Origin: Flavobacteriales bacterium
GTDB lineage: Bacteria; Bacteroidota; Bacteroidia; Flavobacteriales; BACL11
Reading direction: 5' to 3'
Length of the DNA: 64,000 nucleotides
Assembly (NCBI GenBank): GCA_018647945.1
Contig: JABGSE010000024.1
Coordinates: 18,016 to 82,015 of the forward strand
Each line of letters opens with the position of its first letter. Positions within the stretch are counted from its first letter, which is position 1. Shown one piece after another: positions 1 to 9,996 of the stretch. Position numbers and translations under genes: made by a program. The notes beneath the pieces are model-generated. The model was not told where the DNA came from and ran no database searches. It saw nothing but the letters and a program-made list of their open reading frames with translations.

Positions 1-1111
1 TGCAATTTGCAATAAAACGTGCTGCTTTGTCTGCAGAATCAGAATAGATAACCCCCCCAAATTGCATTTCTCCTTTCTTGGTTTTAATCATTTCTCTCTG
101 ATTGGCAACTATACCTACTGCCCAACCATCAATCCTAGCATATCCGCAAATTAGCGATTGTCCGTAGCCTTCTTTATATTCTTCAAACTCGGAACTATCC
201 ACCAAGCGAGCAATGATGTCCTTCATATTGTAAGGTTTTGCTCTATCTCTAGGTAATATTCCGTATATTTCTCTTTCGTCCTCTTTTGGATCTTTACTTT
301 CTTTCCTGTTGAAACCTGCCTTTTCACTAGATCCTATTTTATCCATTATGTTTCGGATTTTATCCAAGGCATCTTTATCGTCCTTGGCTTTATAATCCGT
401 AACTCCTGAAATTTCGCAATGGGTAGTAGCACCACCCAAAGTTTCGTTATCGATAGTTTCTCCAATAGCTGCCTTTACAAGGTAACTACCCGCCAAAAAT
501 ATAGATCCTGTTTTGTCTACAATTAGCGCTTCATCAGACATAATAGGAAGGTAAGCTCCACCAGCTACACAGCTTCCCATTACAGCAGAAATCTGTGTTA
601 TTCCCATGGAACTCATACGGGCATTGTTCCTAAATATTCTTCCGAAATGTTCTTTATCTGGGAAAATTTCGTCTTGCATAGGTAAGAACACTCCTGCACT
701 ATCCACCAAGTAGATAATTGGCAATCTGTTTTCCATTGAAATTTCCTGAAGTCTTAAGTTTTTCTTAGCAGTAATTGGGAACCAAGCTCCTGCCTTTACA
801 GTAGCATCATTTGCTACAATAATACATTGTCTGTCCTTTACATAGGTGATACCCGCAACAACTCCTCCAGAAGGACAACCTCCATATTCGGTATACATTC
901 CTTCCCCAACAAAAGCACCGATTTCTAAGAAATTAGCATCTGTGTCTTTTACGTAGTCAATACGCTCCCTAGCAGTTAGTTTTCCTTTAGCATGCTGTTT
1001 TTCAATCTTCTTTTTTCCTCCTCCTAAAGCAACTTTTGCGAGTTTCCTTTTCATCTCAGAGATGAGTAACCTCATCTTATCATCATTCTTATTGAATTCT
1101 AAATCTGCCAT
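1..1111 (-). CDS. acyl-CoA carboxylase carboxyltransferase (beta) subunit; C-terminal part lies beyond the window edge
   Basis: Not in the ORF track because it runs off the window. My translation of the minus strand from ATG at 1111..1109 gives MADLEFNKNDDKMRLLISEMKRKLAKVALGGGKKKIEKQHAKGKLTARERIDY, later LVDSAGVFLPMQDEIFPDKEHFGRIFRNNARMS and GGAYLPIMSDE. These are hallmarks of propionyl-/methylcrotonyl-CoA carboxylase beta chains. Confidence 0.8.
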   Translation of the reverse strand, partial: MADLEFNKNDDKMRLLISEMKRKLAKVALGGGKKKIEKQHAKGKLTARERIDYVKDTDANFLEIGAFVGEGMYTEYGGCPSGGVVAGITYVKDRQCIIVANDATVKAGAWFPITAKKNLRLQEISMENRLPIIYLVDSAGVFLPMQDEIFPDKEHFGRIFRNNARMSSMGITQISAVMGSCVAGGAYLPIMSDEALIVDKTGSIFLAGSYLVKAAIGETIDNETLGGATTHCEISGVTDYKAKDDKDALDKIRNIMDKIGSSEKAGFNRKESKDPKEDEREIYGILPRDRAKPYNMKDIIARLVDSSEFEEYKEGYGQSLICGYARIDGWAVGIVANQREMIKTKKGEMQFGGVIYSDSADKAARFIANC

Positions 1112-1145
1112 TCTGTAATTTTTTTGACAAAAATAAGGAATAAGT

Positions 1146-1742
1146 TTAGATTGTTTGTCTTTCCAAGTAGCTTGTTGTTTCTGGACCTAAATTAAAGAGT
1201 AAGTCCAAGATAGAAAGGTGAGGAGTGAAATCATGTTTTTCAGAGAAAACTTGTTCGTATTTTTCTTGAGGAGAAATAAATTTGTGATGTCGCAAATCTG
1301 TTCCATCAAAATTATGTTGGTATTCTTCTGTTATATTTAATTCTTTTTCTTCTTGAAGAAATTGCAATATTTTGTGGGTTAATTGTAAGTTTAAATCAAA
1401 TAGATTACTTTGATCTGTAGTGTAAAAAGGTTGCAGTTCATCTTTATAATATTCGAAAAAAGGAGAGGAGTTGTAAGCCGAAACAATAGATTGCCAATGC
1501 GACTTTTGCCAGTTTTCCTTATTAGAAATGTTAATGTCGGTAATGAGGGTTTTATCAGAAGATTTTCGTTCTTTCGGAATTGTTAGAGTTTGACTACCAT
1601 TTGCTCCATAAATGCTACATCTGTTCCTGAGGGATTGTTTTACAAAATGTTCTTTCGATTCGATATGAACTTCCTCCGCTTGCAGAATAAAGGCAAAATA
1701 ACTAATTGGCCCTAAATAAGAGATAGGAAGTAATACTTTCAC
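1146..1742 (-). CDS. WbqC-like family protein
   Basis: 198 aa. N-terminus MKVLLPISYLGPISYFA and QSLRNRCSIYGANGSQTLTIP resemble the WbqC family. It sits next to lepB, as is common in Flavobacteriia. Confidence 0.7.
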   Translation of the reverse strand: MKVLLPISYLGPISYFAFILQAEEVHIESKEHFVKQSLRNRCSIYGANGSQTLTIPKERKSSDKTLITDINISNKENWQKSHWQSIVSAYNSSPFFEYYKDELQPFYTTDQSNLFDLNLQLTHKILQFLQEEKELNITEEYQHNFDGTDLRHHKFISPQEKYEQVFSEKHDFTPHLSILDLLFNLGPETTSYLERQTI

Positions 1743-1802
1743 AACAAATTATTAAGATTTTTGATAAGTTTTATTATTAGTGATAGAATTTAATTAATAA
1801 TT

Positions 1803-3425
1803 TTAGAAAAATAGCCATTGTAAAATCTTAATACTAAAAGAAATTAACGAAAGATATATTAAATCACTTTTTAATCTCTTCCACCATTCATTTCTGTCAA
1901 TCTTGCTTAATTTGTATCCGTATGATAATAAAAATAATAATAATATAATACCTACTACAATTTGTACTCCTCTAAATCTTTCCCATCTGATTCCCTTTCC
2001 ATATTTATCGTAACTCATCCATATAAAGAGTGATTTACCAACTATATGATTTTCTGGTACAAATCCCCAAAATCTACTGTCGGCAGAGTTTTGTCTGTTG
2101 TCACCCATAAGCCAATAATAATTTTGTTTAAAGGTGTAACTAGCAGATCCGTTTGCGTCAATTTCTGTTTTTATATTCTGAAATTTTTCAGGATCCTCCA
2201 TTTCTACCCCCTCATACCGACTGATTACTTGTTTGTAAAGTGCAAGATTTTCGGAAGTAAGAGTGACAGTGGTACCTTGTTTAGGAATAGTAAGTGGACC
2301 GTAATTTTCTTCATTCCATCCATACGGATTGTGAACCAAAAAGTAATCTGGATTTAATTGAGGGTTGTCAAAAATACCTCCTGTACTTCCAGCGTACCAT
2401 ATACTTTCAATATATTCTTTTTTGTTTAATTCGGAAATAGCAAACTGGGTAGCAGTTATCTGTATTTTCCACTCGGAAGTTACTATAAAGTCAGTTGACT
2501 TATTAATTGGAATAATATCGTATTCCTCATAACAATAATCTGAAAATTCTTGCCAACTTTTAAAATAATTACTAATTACTTTTGGTTTTATTTTTACAAA
2601 ATACCTTCTTTGTTTTTTCATCCAATTGTAGCTTACTTCCTCAATGCCATTTATAGAAAGCTCTCCATTTTCAATTTTTATCTCATCTCCAGGAAGTGCA
2701 ACACATCTTTTTATATAATTTTCTTTTTTGTCAATTGGTCTAGAAAATTCTCCTTCAATTATTTTATATTGATTTTTGTTAGGTTGAGTACTTATCCAAT
2801 CTATAGATTTTTTTCTAGAATCAAAAACATTTATAATATTCCCATTTCTATCTTCTATTGGAAATAATCTTTCTGCTGGCCAATTGAAAACAACACAATC
2901 GTTTCTTTCTACCTTTGAGAGTCCTGCCATTCTGTAATATGGTAAGCTTAACCATTCTGAGTAGGATTTTCCTCCCACTAAAGGTAAGGTGTGGTGTACA
3001 AGTGGAAAGGCAAGTGGAGTCATTGGTACTCTAGGTCCGTAACTTAATTTACTCACAAAAAGATAATCTCCAACCATTAACGATTTTTCCATTGATGGTG
3101 TTGGAATTGTGTATGCTTCAATAAAAAATGTACGGAGTAGGGTAGCAGCAATTACTGCAAAGAGGATTGCATCTGCCCAACTTCTGAAACTACTTTTTGG
3201 TTTTCTTTCTTCCTTTTTTCTTTTTTTCCAGAAGGTATAATTAAATGTTTTCCAGAAGATAACATCCCCAATAATAAAAGGAATAAAATACAACCATTCT
3301 CCTCCAATTAGGTAAACAAATACTGTCCATAAAATTACAAATGAAGAAAAGTAAGTCAGTTTCTTTTTTAATTTCCACTCATCAATTTTGTGTAACTGTT
3401 TTAAATCCTCAATAATCTCTTTCAT
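1803..3425 (-). CDS. lepB: signal peptidase I (long Bacteroidota type)
   Basis: SPase I boxes are present: [20 protein letters not shown] (Ser box), [10 protein letters not shown] (Lys box), [24 protein letters not shown]. There are N-terminal TM segments. Confidence 0.9.
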   Translation of the reverse strand: MKEIIEDLKQLHKIDEWKLKKKLTYFSSFVILWTVFVYLIGGEWLYFIPFIIGDVIFWKTFNYTFWKKRKKEERKPKSSFRSWADAILFAVIAATLLRTFFIEAYTIPTPSMEKSLMVGDYLFVSKLSYGPRVPMTPLAFPLVHHTLPLVGGKSYSEWLSLPYYRMAGLSKVERNDCVVFNWPAERLFPIEDRNGNIINVFDSRKKSIDWISTQPNKNQYKIIEGEFSRPIDKKENYIKRCVALPGDEIKIENGELSINGIEEVSYNWMKKQRRYFVKIKPKVISNYFKSWQEFSDYCYEEYDIIPINKSTDFIVTSEWKIQITATQFAISELNKKEYIESIWYAGSTGGIFDNPQLNPDYFLVHNPYGWNEENYGPLTIPKQGTTVTLTSENLALYKQVISRYEGVEMEDPEKFQNIKTEIDANGSASYTFKQNYYWLMGDNRQNSADSRFWGFVPENHIVGKSLFIWMSYDKYGKGIRWERFRGVQIVVGIILLLFLLSYGYKLSKIDRNEWWKRLKSDLIYLSLISFSIKILQWLFF

Positions 3426-3428
3426 TCC

Positions 3429-4097
3429 TTATATATTTAACATGTCTTTTAGGGTAAAAATCCCTTTTTTATCAATTATCCACTCAGCTGCCAAAATTGA
3501 TCCTATTGCAAATCCATCTCTGTTTTTGGCAATGTGTTTTATTTCTATTTCATCTGTTCCGGATGAGTATTTTATAATATGTGTGCCAGCAACTCCATCA
3601 ATTCTGTCGGCTGTTATTTCTGTTTTTTCTTCCAAAATATTTCTCATCTCATTTTCCAAAGTAATAGCAGTCCCACTAGGTGAATCTAATTTTTCTTTAT
3701 GGTGAATTTCATATATTGAAGTTGTGTATTCTCTTCCTTTCATTAACTGAGATAACTTTTTATTCAATTCAAAAAAGATATTCATTCCCAAGCTGAAATT
3801 TGATGCATATAAAAAAGTTCCATTTTCATTTTTACATAACTGATGAATTTTTTCAATATTATGTAACCATGCAGTTGTTCCGCTTATTACAGGAATCCCA
3901 CTTTTTATTGCATGAGAAATATTATTGAAAGCAGAGTCAGGCGTACTGAAATCAATAGCGACATCAGCCAAAGATAGATCACAATTTTCTGTTGGGTTTT
4001 CTTTAGTTGATTTTAAAACAATTTCATGCCCCATTTCTGTGGCCAAAGCGTCAATTCTTTGTCCCATTTTCCCGTATCCTAATAATGCAATTTTCAT
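3429..4097 (-). CDS. dapB: 4-hydroxy-tetrahydrodipicolinate reductase
   Basis: Rossmann N-terminus MKIALLGYGKMGQ, central EIHHKEKLDSPSGTA motif, and short Bacteroidota-type length (222 aa). Confidence 0.9.
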   Translation of the reverse strand: MKIALLGYGKMGQRIDALATEMGHEIVLKSTKENPTENCDLSLADVAIDFSTPDSAFNNISHAIKSGIPVISGTTAWLHNIEKIHQLCKNENGTFLYASNFSLGMNIFFELNKKLSQLMKGREYTTSIYEIHHKEKLDSPSGTAITLENEMRNILEEKTEITADRIDGVAGTHIIKYSSGTDEIEIKHIAKNRDGFAIGSILAAEWIIDKKGIFTLKDMLNI

Positions 4098-4107
4098 TTG
4101 TGCAAAT

Positions 4108-4617
4108 TTAAAAATTTACAGTTAACGAGAGTCCTGCAGAAGTAAAAGTTGAAGTTGGCCTAATATCCAATGAAATATCATCCGAAACATCAAAGCTAAA
4201 AAGATGCGCATTAACAGATGCATCTACAATGTTTAGGATGTAAACCCCAACTAAACTAAAGTAGGAGAGCTCCCTATTTCTGAGGTAATGATCTTTTAGT
4301 GTTTTCAGATCGGAATATGAATAAGTTGTACCATTTACTATTTGATTTGAATTGTTATTGTCAATGCTCACAAGAGCTGCATCTTTATACATTTTATATT
4401 TTTCATTGTTATCATTAATATAGTATGCTGAAGTTATTAGTCCTCCATAAATAATAGGGATTTTCCAGTATCTTTTTGTGTATATTTGTCCTGCTCCAGG
4501 TATTATTGCCGATAAAATAGCTGCCTTTTTTGGAGATTTAGTTTTTTCAATTTTCTGAGCAATCCCATTAGAGGATATTAAAAAAAAGAAAAGAAAAATA
4601 TGCAGAGAATGCTTCAA
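4108..4617 (-). CDS. DUF5683-like membrane/secreted protein
   Basis: Signal peptide plus AILSAIIPGAGQIYTKRYWKIPIIYGG motif. It occupies the conserved position between parB and dapB seen in Flavobacteriia. Confidence 0.6.
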   Translation of the reverse strand: MKHSLHIFLFFFLISSNGIAQKIEKTKSPKKAAILSAIIPGAGQIYTKRYWKIPIIYGGLITSAYYINDNNEKYKMYKDAALVSIDNNNSNQIVNGTTYSYSDLKTLKDHYLRNRELSYFSLVGVYILNIVDASVNAHLFSFDVSDDISLDIRPTSTFTSAGLSLTVNF

Positions 4618-4618
4618 A

Positions 4619-5518
4619 TTATTTATTTAGTTTTCCCATAAGTTTTGTGAAATCTTCATCAGAATTAAAAGGAATAATTAAGTTGCCTTTTCCTGTTTTG
4701 TTTCTTTTAACTTCCACTTCCTTATCTAAGGATTTGCTTAAACTATGAATTATTTGTTGGTGAGAAAACGGTAAAGTGTTTTGTATTATTGCTTTGGTTT
4801 TGGATTTTCTGTTGTAGAAAGTTTCTCCAAAAGTTTTTACAATTTGTTCTACCTCTCTTACTGAAAATCCGTTTGCAACAGCATCATGAAAAATATTTAA
4901 TTGTGTTTCCTTATCTTTTATATTTATAAGCGCTCTGGCATGTCCCATACTGATTTCACTTTTCTGTAATGATGACTGTATCTCATCTGGAAGTTTTAAC
5001 AATCGTAAAAAATTGGCTATTGTACTCCTTTTTTTTCCTACTCTTTCCGAACATTTTTCTTGAGTAAGTTTACATTCTTCAATTAACCTTTGGTACGAAA
5101 GAGCAACTTCAATTGGGTTTAAATTGCTTCTTTGTATGTTTTCCACCAAGGCCATTTCAAGCATCTGTTGGTCGTTTGCAATTCGGATAAAAGCAGGGAT
5201 TTCAGTTAATTCTACTATTTTTGAAGCTTTCAATCTTCTTTCCCCAGAAATTAATTGGTATTTGTTAAATCCTAATTTACGAACTGTAATGGGCTGAATA
5301 ATACCCAATTGCTTTATCGATTTTGCAAGTTCTTCAAGTTGAGTGTCGTCAAAATCGGTTCTTGGCTGAAAAGGATTAGTAGAAATGTTTTCAATTTTAA
5401 TTGTACTTACATTCCCCACAACATTATTTTCAGTTTCTTTTTTTGTGGTAATATCCGTTTCCGGATTTCTTAAAATAGAAGCAAGTCCTCTCCCTAAAAC
5501 ACTCTTTTTATTATTCAT
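4619..5518 (-). CDS. parB: chromosome partitioning protein ParB
   Basis: ParB box IQPITVRK...YQLISGERRLKASK and an HTH region. It overlaps parA by 8 nt. Confidence 0.9.
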   Translation of the reverse strand: MNNKKSVLGRGLASILRNPETDITTKKETENNVVGNVSTIKIENISTNPFQPRTDFDDTQLEELAKSIKQLGIIQPITVRKLGFNKYQLISGERRLKASKIVELTEIPAFIRIANDQQMLEMALVENIQRSNLNPIEVALSYQRLIEECKLTQEKCSERVGKKRSTIANFLRLLKLPDEIQSSLQKSEISMGHARALINIKDKETQLNIFHDAVANGFSVREVEQIVKTFGETFYNRKSKTKAIIQNTLPFSHQQIIHSLSKSLDKEVEVKRNKTGKGNLIIPFNSDEDFTKLMGKLNK

Positions 5519-6311
5519 TGCTCACTAATTTTTCTTCTTCTATCTTTTTACTTTCGTTTTCTAATATTTCTGATGCCAAGTTCAAATAGTTGATTGCTCC
5601 TTTACTTGTAGCGTCATGTATAATAATTGTTTCTCCATAAGATGGAGATTCTCCTAAAGTTACATTTCTGTGTATTATGGTTTTGAAAACTAAATCCTGA
5701 AAGTGAGTTTTTACCTCCTCAACTACTTGGTTGGATAATCGTAATCTGGTATCGTACATTGTAAGTAATAACCCCTCAATTGTTAATTGTGGGTTTAATT
5801 TTCTTTGCACAATTTTAACAGTATTTAATAATTTACCCAATCCTTCCAATGCAAAATATTCACACTGAATTGGGATGATTAAAGAATCGGCCGCAGTAAG
5901 GGAATTTAGAGTTAACAATCCAAGAGATGGTGCGCAGTCAATAATTATATAATCAAAATCATCTTTAATTTCTGAAAGAACATTTTTCATCATTTGTTCT
6001 CTATCTTTTTCATTTACTAGTTCCAATTCAGCACCTACCAAATCGATATGAGCAGGTAATAAATAAAGGTTCGGACTTTTTGTTTTTAGTATTATATCTT
6101 TTGCTTTTGCTGTCCCAGAAATACATTCGTAAATCCCATTTTCTATTTCCCTTGGATCGAATCCTACCCCTGAAGTAGAGTTGGCTTGTGGGTCAGTATC
6201 GACTAGTAGAACCTTCTTTTCCAAAGCACCTAATCCTGCAGATAAATTCATGGCAGTGGTGGTTTTACCAACACCTCCTTTTTGGTTTGCAATTGCTATT
6301 ATTTTTCCCAT
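5511..6311 (-). CDS. parA: chromosome partitioning ATPase ParA/Soj
   Basis: Deviant Walker A NQKGGVGKTTTAMNL and the motif VLLVDTDPQANST. Confidence 0.9.
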   Translation of the reverse strand: MGKIIAIANQKGGVGKTTTAMNLSAGLGALEKKVLLVDTDPQANSTSGVGFDPREIENGIYECISGTAKAKDIILKTKSPNLYLLPAHIDLVGAELELVNEKDREQMMKNVLSEIKDDFDYIIIDCAPSLGLLTLNSLTAADSLIIPIQCEYFALEGLGKLLNTVKIVQRKLNPQLTIEGLLLTMYDTRLRLSNQVVEEVKTHFQDLVFKTIIHRNVTLGESPSYGETIIIHDATSKGAINYLNLASEILENESKKIEEEKLVSNE

Positions 6312-6406
6312 TATTTAATGTTTAATTGAATGAATCAAAAATACAGCTAATAATTTTTAGAATTTTTTCTGAGAGAAGTCATTTATTAACAAAAAACAGA
6401 AAGTTT

Positions 6407-7024
6407 TTAATAAAAAATCTTCTTTTCTATTGTTCCATCATCATACATTAATAAAAGAATAACATTCTTTTTAAGGCTTGTTTCTCTTCCTAAAACATCT
6501 GTTATTTTAATAATCCTTTTATTATCCTTTTCTATTTGACTGATGGAGGTTGAACCGCAATTTGTGCTAAAAGATGTCCAACTGTCAGTGGACCAATTGT
6601 AGTCCGCCCAACTAAAATCATCTACATCAATACACATAAGATTTGGGTTATCTGTTGATTGAAAATACCATAATCCTTGGTTATTTCCATTTTTCATATT
6701 TAAGGAAGTAAGCTGATTGTTTCCACAAGAAACTTCAAACAATAGTGGGTTATTACTTAAATCCATAGTAACAATTTGATTGGAACTACAAAAGAATGAC
6801 TTCAGATTTACAAAATCCTTTAAACCTGTTAAATCGACAATTCCTTGTCCAGTAATATCCAGATAACTAATCGTATCAATGTTTGCGGTTGGTATTGAGT
6901 CGTTTAAAATAAAGTCAAATCCTAAATTAATAAGTGCAAGTTCAAAAGCATCACCCGGAATATAAGTGTCCTGAGATAGTGAGATAAATGGTAAAAAGAA
7001 CAAAAGAAGTATTTTTTTTTTCAT
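6407..7024 (-). CDS. secreted leucine-rich-repeat-like protein with T9SS type A C-terminal sorting domain
   Basis: Signal peptide; LRR-like units (DLSNNPLLFEVSCGNNQLTSLNMKNGNN...NPNLMCIDVDD); C-terminal IIKITDVLGRETSLKKNVILLLMYDDGTIEKKIFY resembles the Por secretion tail. Confidence 0.6.
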   Translation of the reverse strand: MKKKILLLFFLPFISLSQDTYIPGDAFELALINLGFDFILNDSIPTANIDTISYLDITGQGIVDLTGLKDFVNLKSFFCSSNQIVTMDLSNNPLLFEVSCGNNQLTSLNMKNGNNQGLWYFQSTDNPNLMCIDVDDFSWADYNWSTDSWTSFSTNCGSTSISQIEKDNKRIIKITDVLGRETSLKKNVILLLMYDDGTIEKKIFY

Positions 7025-7073
7025 ACTCCAAATGTACGGAAAATCTCCTATAAAGTTAGATATTTATTGAATA

Positions 7074-7526
7074 TTATTCGTCTTTTTCGCTTTCGTCTTT
7101 TCCTAAGTCATCAAAGTTTATTTCCGTAAAGTTGGTTGTAGGTTCTTCTTTTACTTCAGGAATTTCTTCTGTTTCTATTGTTGATTCTGAATTTGCTTTC
7201 GTTTCTGTGGTTTCAGTTGCTGTTTCAGAACTAACTTCAGTTTCAGTTTTTTCCTCTTTATGTAGAGAGATTATATCTTCCCCTCTTTCTTTGATTATAT
7301 AGTCGGTCATTTCTGTTAAATGATCCTTAAAGTTTTGAAAATCCTCTTTGTAAAGGTATATTTTATGTTTTTTGTAATAAGGAGTTCCGTCCTCATTAAA
7401 TTCTCTTTTACTTTCGGTAATTGTTAAGTAATAATCATCCGCTCTAGTCGATCTTACATCAAAAAAGTAAGTTCTTCTTCCCGCTCTTAATGATTTTGAA
7501 TAAATTTCATCTCTATTTTCTGACAT
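7074..7526 (-). CDS. PUR-alpha-like nucleic-acid-binding protein (DUF3276) with acidic low-complexity tail
   Basis: N-terminal YSKSLRAGRRTYFFDVRSTRADDYYLTITESKR matches the bacterial PUR/DUF3276 repeat. The C-terminal 60 aa are Glu/Thr/Ser rich. Confidence 0.7.
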   Translation of the reverse strand: MSENRDEIYSKSLRAGRRTYFFDVRSTRADDYYLTITESKREFNEDGTPYYKKHKIYLYKEDFQNFKDHLTEMTDYIIKERGEDIISLHKEEKTETEVSSETATETTETKANSESTIETEEIPEVKEEPTTNFTEINFDDLGKDESEKDE

Positions 7527-7654
7527 CTTTTATTTATTAAATTATTATATTTACAAATGTAGTAAAAAATAGATAACTTACTAATAATGTTTTTTGGAAG
7601 TTTATTGAAGATGGACTCAAACCTAATTTAAGTGTGATAGATAAAAGGAAATTA

Positions 7655-9853
7655 CTAATCTTTAATCGTAATCCTTAGTACCGAACATGTAGAATTAATT
7701 GCAAACTTATCCTTACCTGTACCAAATAGTACAGATACCCAAGTATCTTTTTTTGGAGTACCTAATATTAGTAAATCGTGTTCTGCTGTCATTTCCGAAA
7801 CAGTTTCTATTGGATTCTCTGATGAAATTAAAAGTAAATTACCTCTAGTATTTTTTAGTTTTTGCTGGGCACTGTTTCTGATAATTTCTAATTTTTTTGT
7901 TTCAATATTTTCTTCTACTACATGTAGTAAAGTGAACTCTGCATTGTAATATTTGCACAATGAGTTTGTAGTTTCTATTAGCTTATCAGCATCTTTACTA
8001 TTATGTCGAATTGATAATAATATTTTTTCAAAACGTGTAACACCATTACATTTAAACAGAGCGAAATTTGAATTGATATGACTTACAATCCAACCAATTG
8101 GGTTGTTAAAAAAGATACCATTATAAGCTCTGCCATTCCAACTCAATATCAACCACTCAATATTTGTTAATTCGCTTAAAGCCTGCATAGTACTAGAAAG
8201 CTTGTGGGTAGCAATAGATTCAAAATTAATATCCAGTTTAATACGACTACTCAATGTCTTAACCATACGCTCCAATGATTTTGTTTTAGGTTTTTTCTCT
8301 CTAAAAGCATCTAATGAAGTCTGGTCTGGCACTTCAATAATATTTAGGGTTTGTATTTTTGATTTGGAGTTTAGTGAAGCTCCTATTTCTATTAAAGTTT
8401 CAGGGGAAACCTCATTTCCTAATAAGGGAACAATAACTTCTGCGTCTTTATCTATATTTATATGGAGTAGTTCCTCTCTTTCTTTGTCTTCCAACTCTTT
8501 TAAGTGCGTGTAGTTTCTTTTCTTTCCAAATAATAAATATAAAGCGGGCATGTGTCCGTATCTTTTTAATACTCCTGTTCGTGATGCATTTACCCCATAT
8601 GTGTAGTAGATAATACATCCAATAATTGAGATTACTATTATTGTAACAATTGGCATAACTCCTAAATAAAATAGTAAGATAAATCCACTAACAACTCCAA
8701 ATAATTGTACATAAGGATAAAGAGGTGATTTGTATTTTGGTTCATACCATTGTACAGCTGTTTCTCTTAAAATGATAACACTTAAATTTACAGAAATGAA
8801 CATCATAACTTTAAAAGCACTTGCTAATTTTGCTATTTTTTCTACATCTAAAAATAAAATAACCAATGACATTATTAAACAAGTCATTATGATTGAATTA
8901 ATTGGAGTGAGATGCTTTTGATGTACCTTGCCTATTTGTTTAGGTAGTAATTTATCAATAGCCATAGCAAAAGGAAATCTGGAAGAAGCTAATACACCAG
9001 AATTTGCCATAGAAATTAAAGTAATAACCCCAATACCTGCAATAATATAGGCAAACTTTGGTCCACCTAAGATAAATGCTAGTGTATGAATTGGTTTAAT
9101 ATCTGCACCTAATTCCTGCAAAGGAATATTACCCACTAAGGTATAGGTAATAGAAACATAAACAGCAGAAATAATTAGCAAAGAAATCATCATTGCTAAT
9201 GGAATATTTCTACCTGGATTTTTAACTTCACCAGCAATAGCGGCAATTTTTGTTACTCCAGCATAAGAGATATAAACAAAGGCAATAGTGCTGATGAGTC
9301 CCCCAGTTCCATCAGTCATAAAAGGGCTTAACATTTGTTTGTCCACCATAGGAATTCCCATAAAAAGTAAAGAAATTAATCCGAGTAAACTTAGGGTAAC
9401 GATTACCAATTGTACTTTCCCTACTTTTTTTACTCCAAATATATTCAGTAACATTATTAATGCTAAAAATCCTAATGATATATATTTTATATAAATAATT
9501 GGAATATTGATAAGCACAAGTAGATAAGCTCCAAAACCAACTAAGGCAAATGAACTTTTTAATAATAAAGAAATCCAGAGTCCTATACCTGATATTGTTC
9601 CCAGTAGTGGTCCAAAAGCTCTCTCAATATACACATAAGCACCGCCTGAAGTAGGCATAGCGGATGCTAACTCAGATTTTGAAAGGGCGGCTGGTAATAT
9701 GCAAATAGCAGCAAGTAGGTATGCTAACCAAATTGAAGAGCCTGTTTTTGCAGCTGCAATACCAGGTAATACAAAAATGCCACTCCCCAGCATTCCTGCA
9801 ATACTAATTGCGATTATGGTGGTCAGTGTTAATTTTCTTTCTAATTTTTTCAA
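7655..9853 (-). CDS. APC-family amino acid permease fused to C-terminal universal stress protein (Usp) domains
   Basis: About 440 aa of multi-TM APC permease, followed by about 290 aa soluble region with Usp-like repeats (ILLSIRHNSKDADKLIE..., DLLILGTPKKD). Confidence 0.8.
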   Translation of the reverse strand: MKKLERKLTLTTIIAISIAGMLGSGIFVLPGIAAAKTGSSIWLAYLLAAICILPAALSKSELASAMPTSGGAYVYIERAFGPLLGTISGIGLWISLLLKSSFALVGFGAYLLVLINIPIIYIKYISLGFLALIMLLNIFGVKKVGKVQLVIVTLSLLGLISLLFMGIPMVDKQMLSPFMTDGTGGLISTIAFVYISYAGVTKIAAIAGEVKNPGRNIPLAMMISLLIISAVYVSITYTLVGNIPLQELGADIKPIHTLAFILGGPKFAYIIAGIGVITLISMANSGVLASSRFPFAMAIDKLLPKQIGKVHQKHLTPINSIIMTCLIMSLVILFLDVEKIAKLASAFKVMMFISVNLSVIILRETAVQWYEPKYKSPLYPYVQLFGVVSGFILLFYLGVMPIVTIIVISIIGCIIYYTYGVNASRTGVLKRYGHMPALYLLFGKKRNYTHLKELEDKEREELLHINIDKDAEVIVPLLGNEVSPETLIEIGASLNSKSKIQTLNIIEVPDQTSLDAFREKKPKTKSLERMVKTLSSRIKLDINFESIATHKLSSTMQALSELTNIEWLILSWNGRAYNGIFFNNPIGWIVSHINSNFALFKCNGVTRFEKILLSIRHNSKDADKLIETTNSLCKYYNAEFTLLHVVEENIETKKLEIIRNSAQQKLKNTRGNLLLISSENPIETVSEMTAEHDLLILGTPKKDTWVSVLFGTGKDKFAINSTCSVLRITIKD

Positions 9854-9967
9854 CTCTTTTCCTTTTAGGGCAAAGTAAGAAAATTTTTGTGAATATAATT
9901 GTTAAATTTATCTTAAAGAAAAAATATTTTCTTTTTCGAAAACTATCAAACTAATTTTATTAAGTTT

Positions 9968-9975
9968 TATATTTG
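9968..9975 (+). promoter_or_regulatory. candidate Bacteroidota -7 promoter element (TAnnTTTG) for gcvT
   Basis: TATATTTG lies 22 nt upstream of the gcvT ATG at 9997. Confidence 0.4.
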
Positions 9976-9996
9976 CATCTCTCAAATTAAGAATTA

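Noticed and set aside
2046-3705. Plus-strand ORFs (2046..2357, 2550..2867, 3388..3705) antisense to lepB and dapB
   Set aside because: They are fully embedded in well-supported genes on the other strand. Their products are low-complexity Phe/Ile/Tyr-rich sequences typical of antisense frames in AT-rich DNA.
9854-9996. A glycine riboswitch upstream of gcvT
   Set aside because: The gap is only 143 nt and extremely AT-rich. I see none of the conserved GGAGAG / CACCG-type glycine aptamer cores, only a promoter-like TATATTTG.
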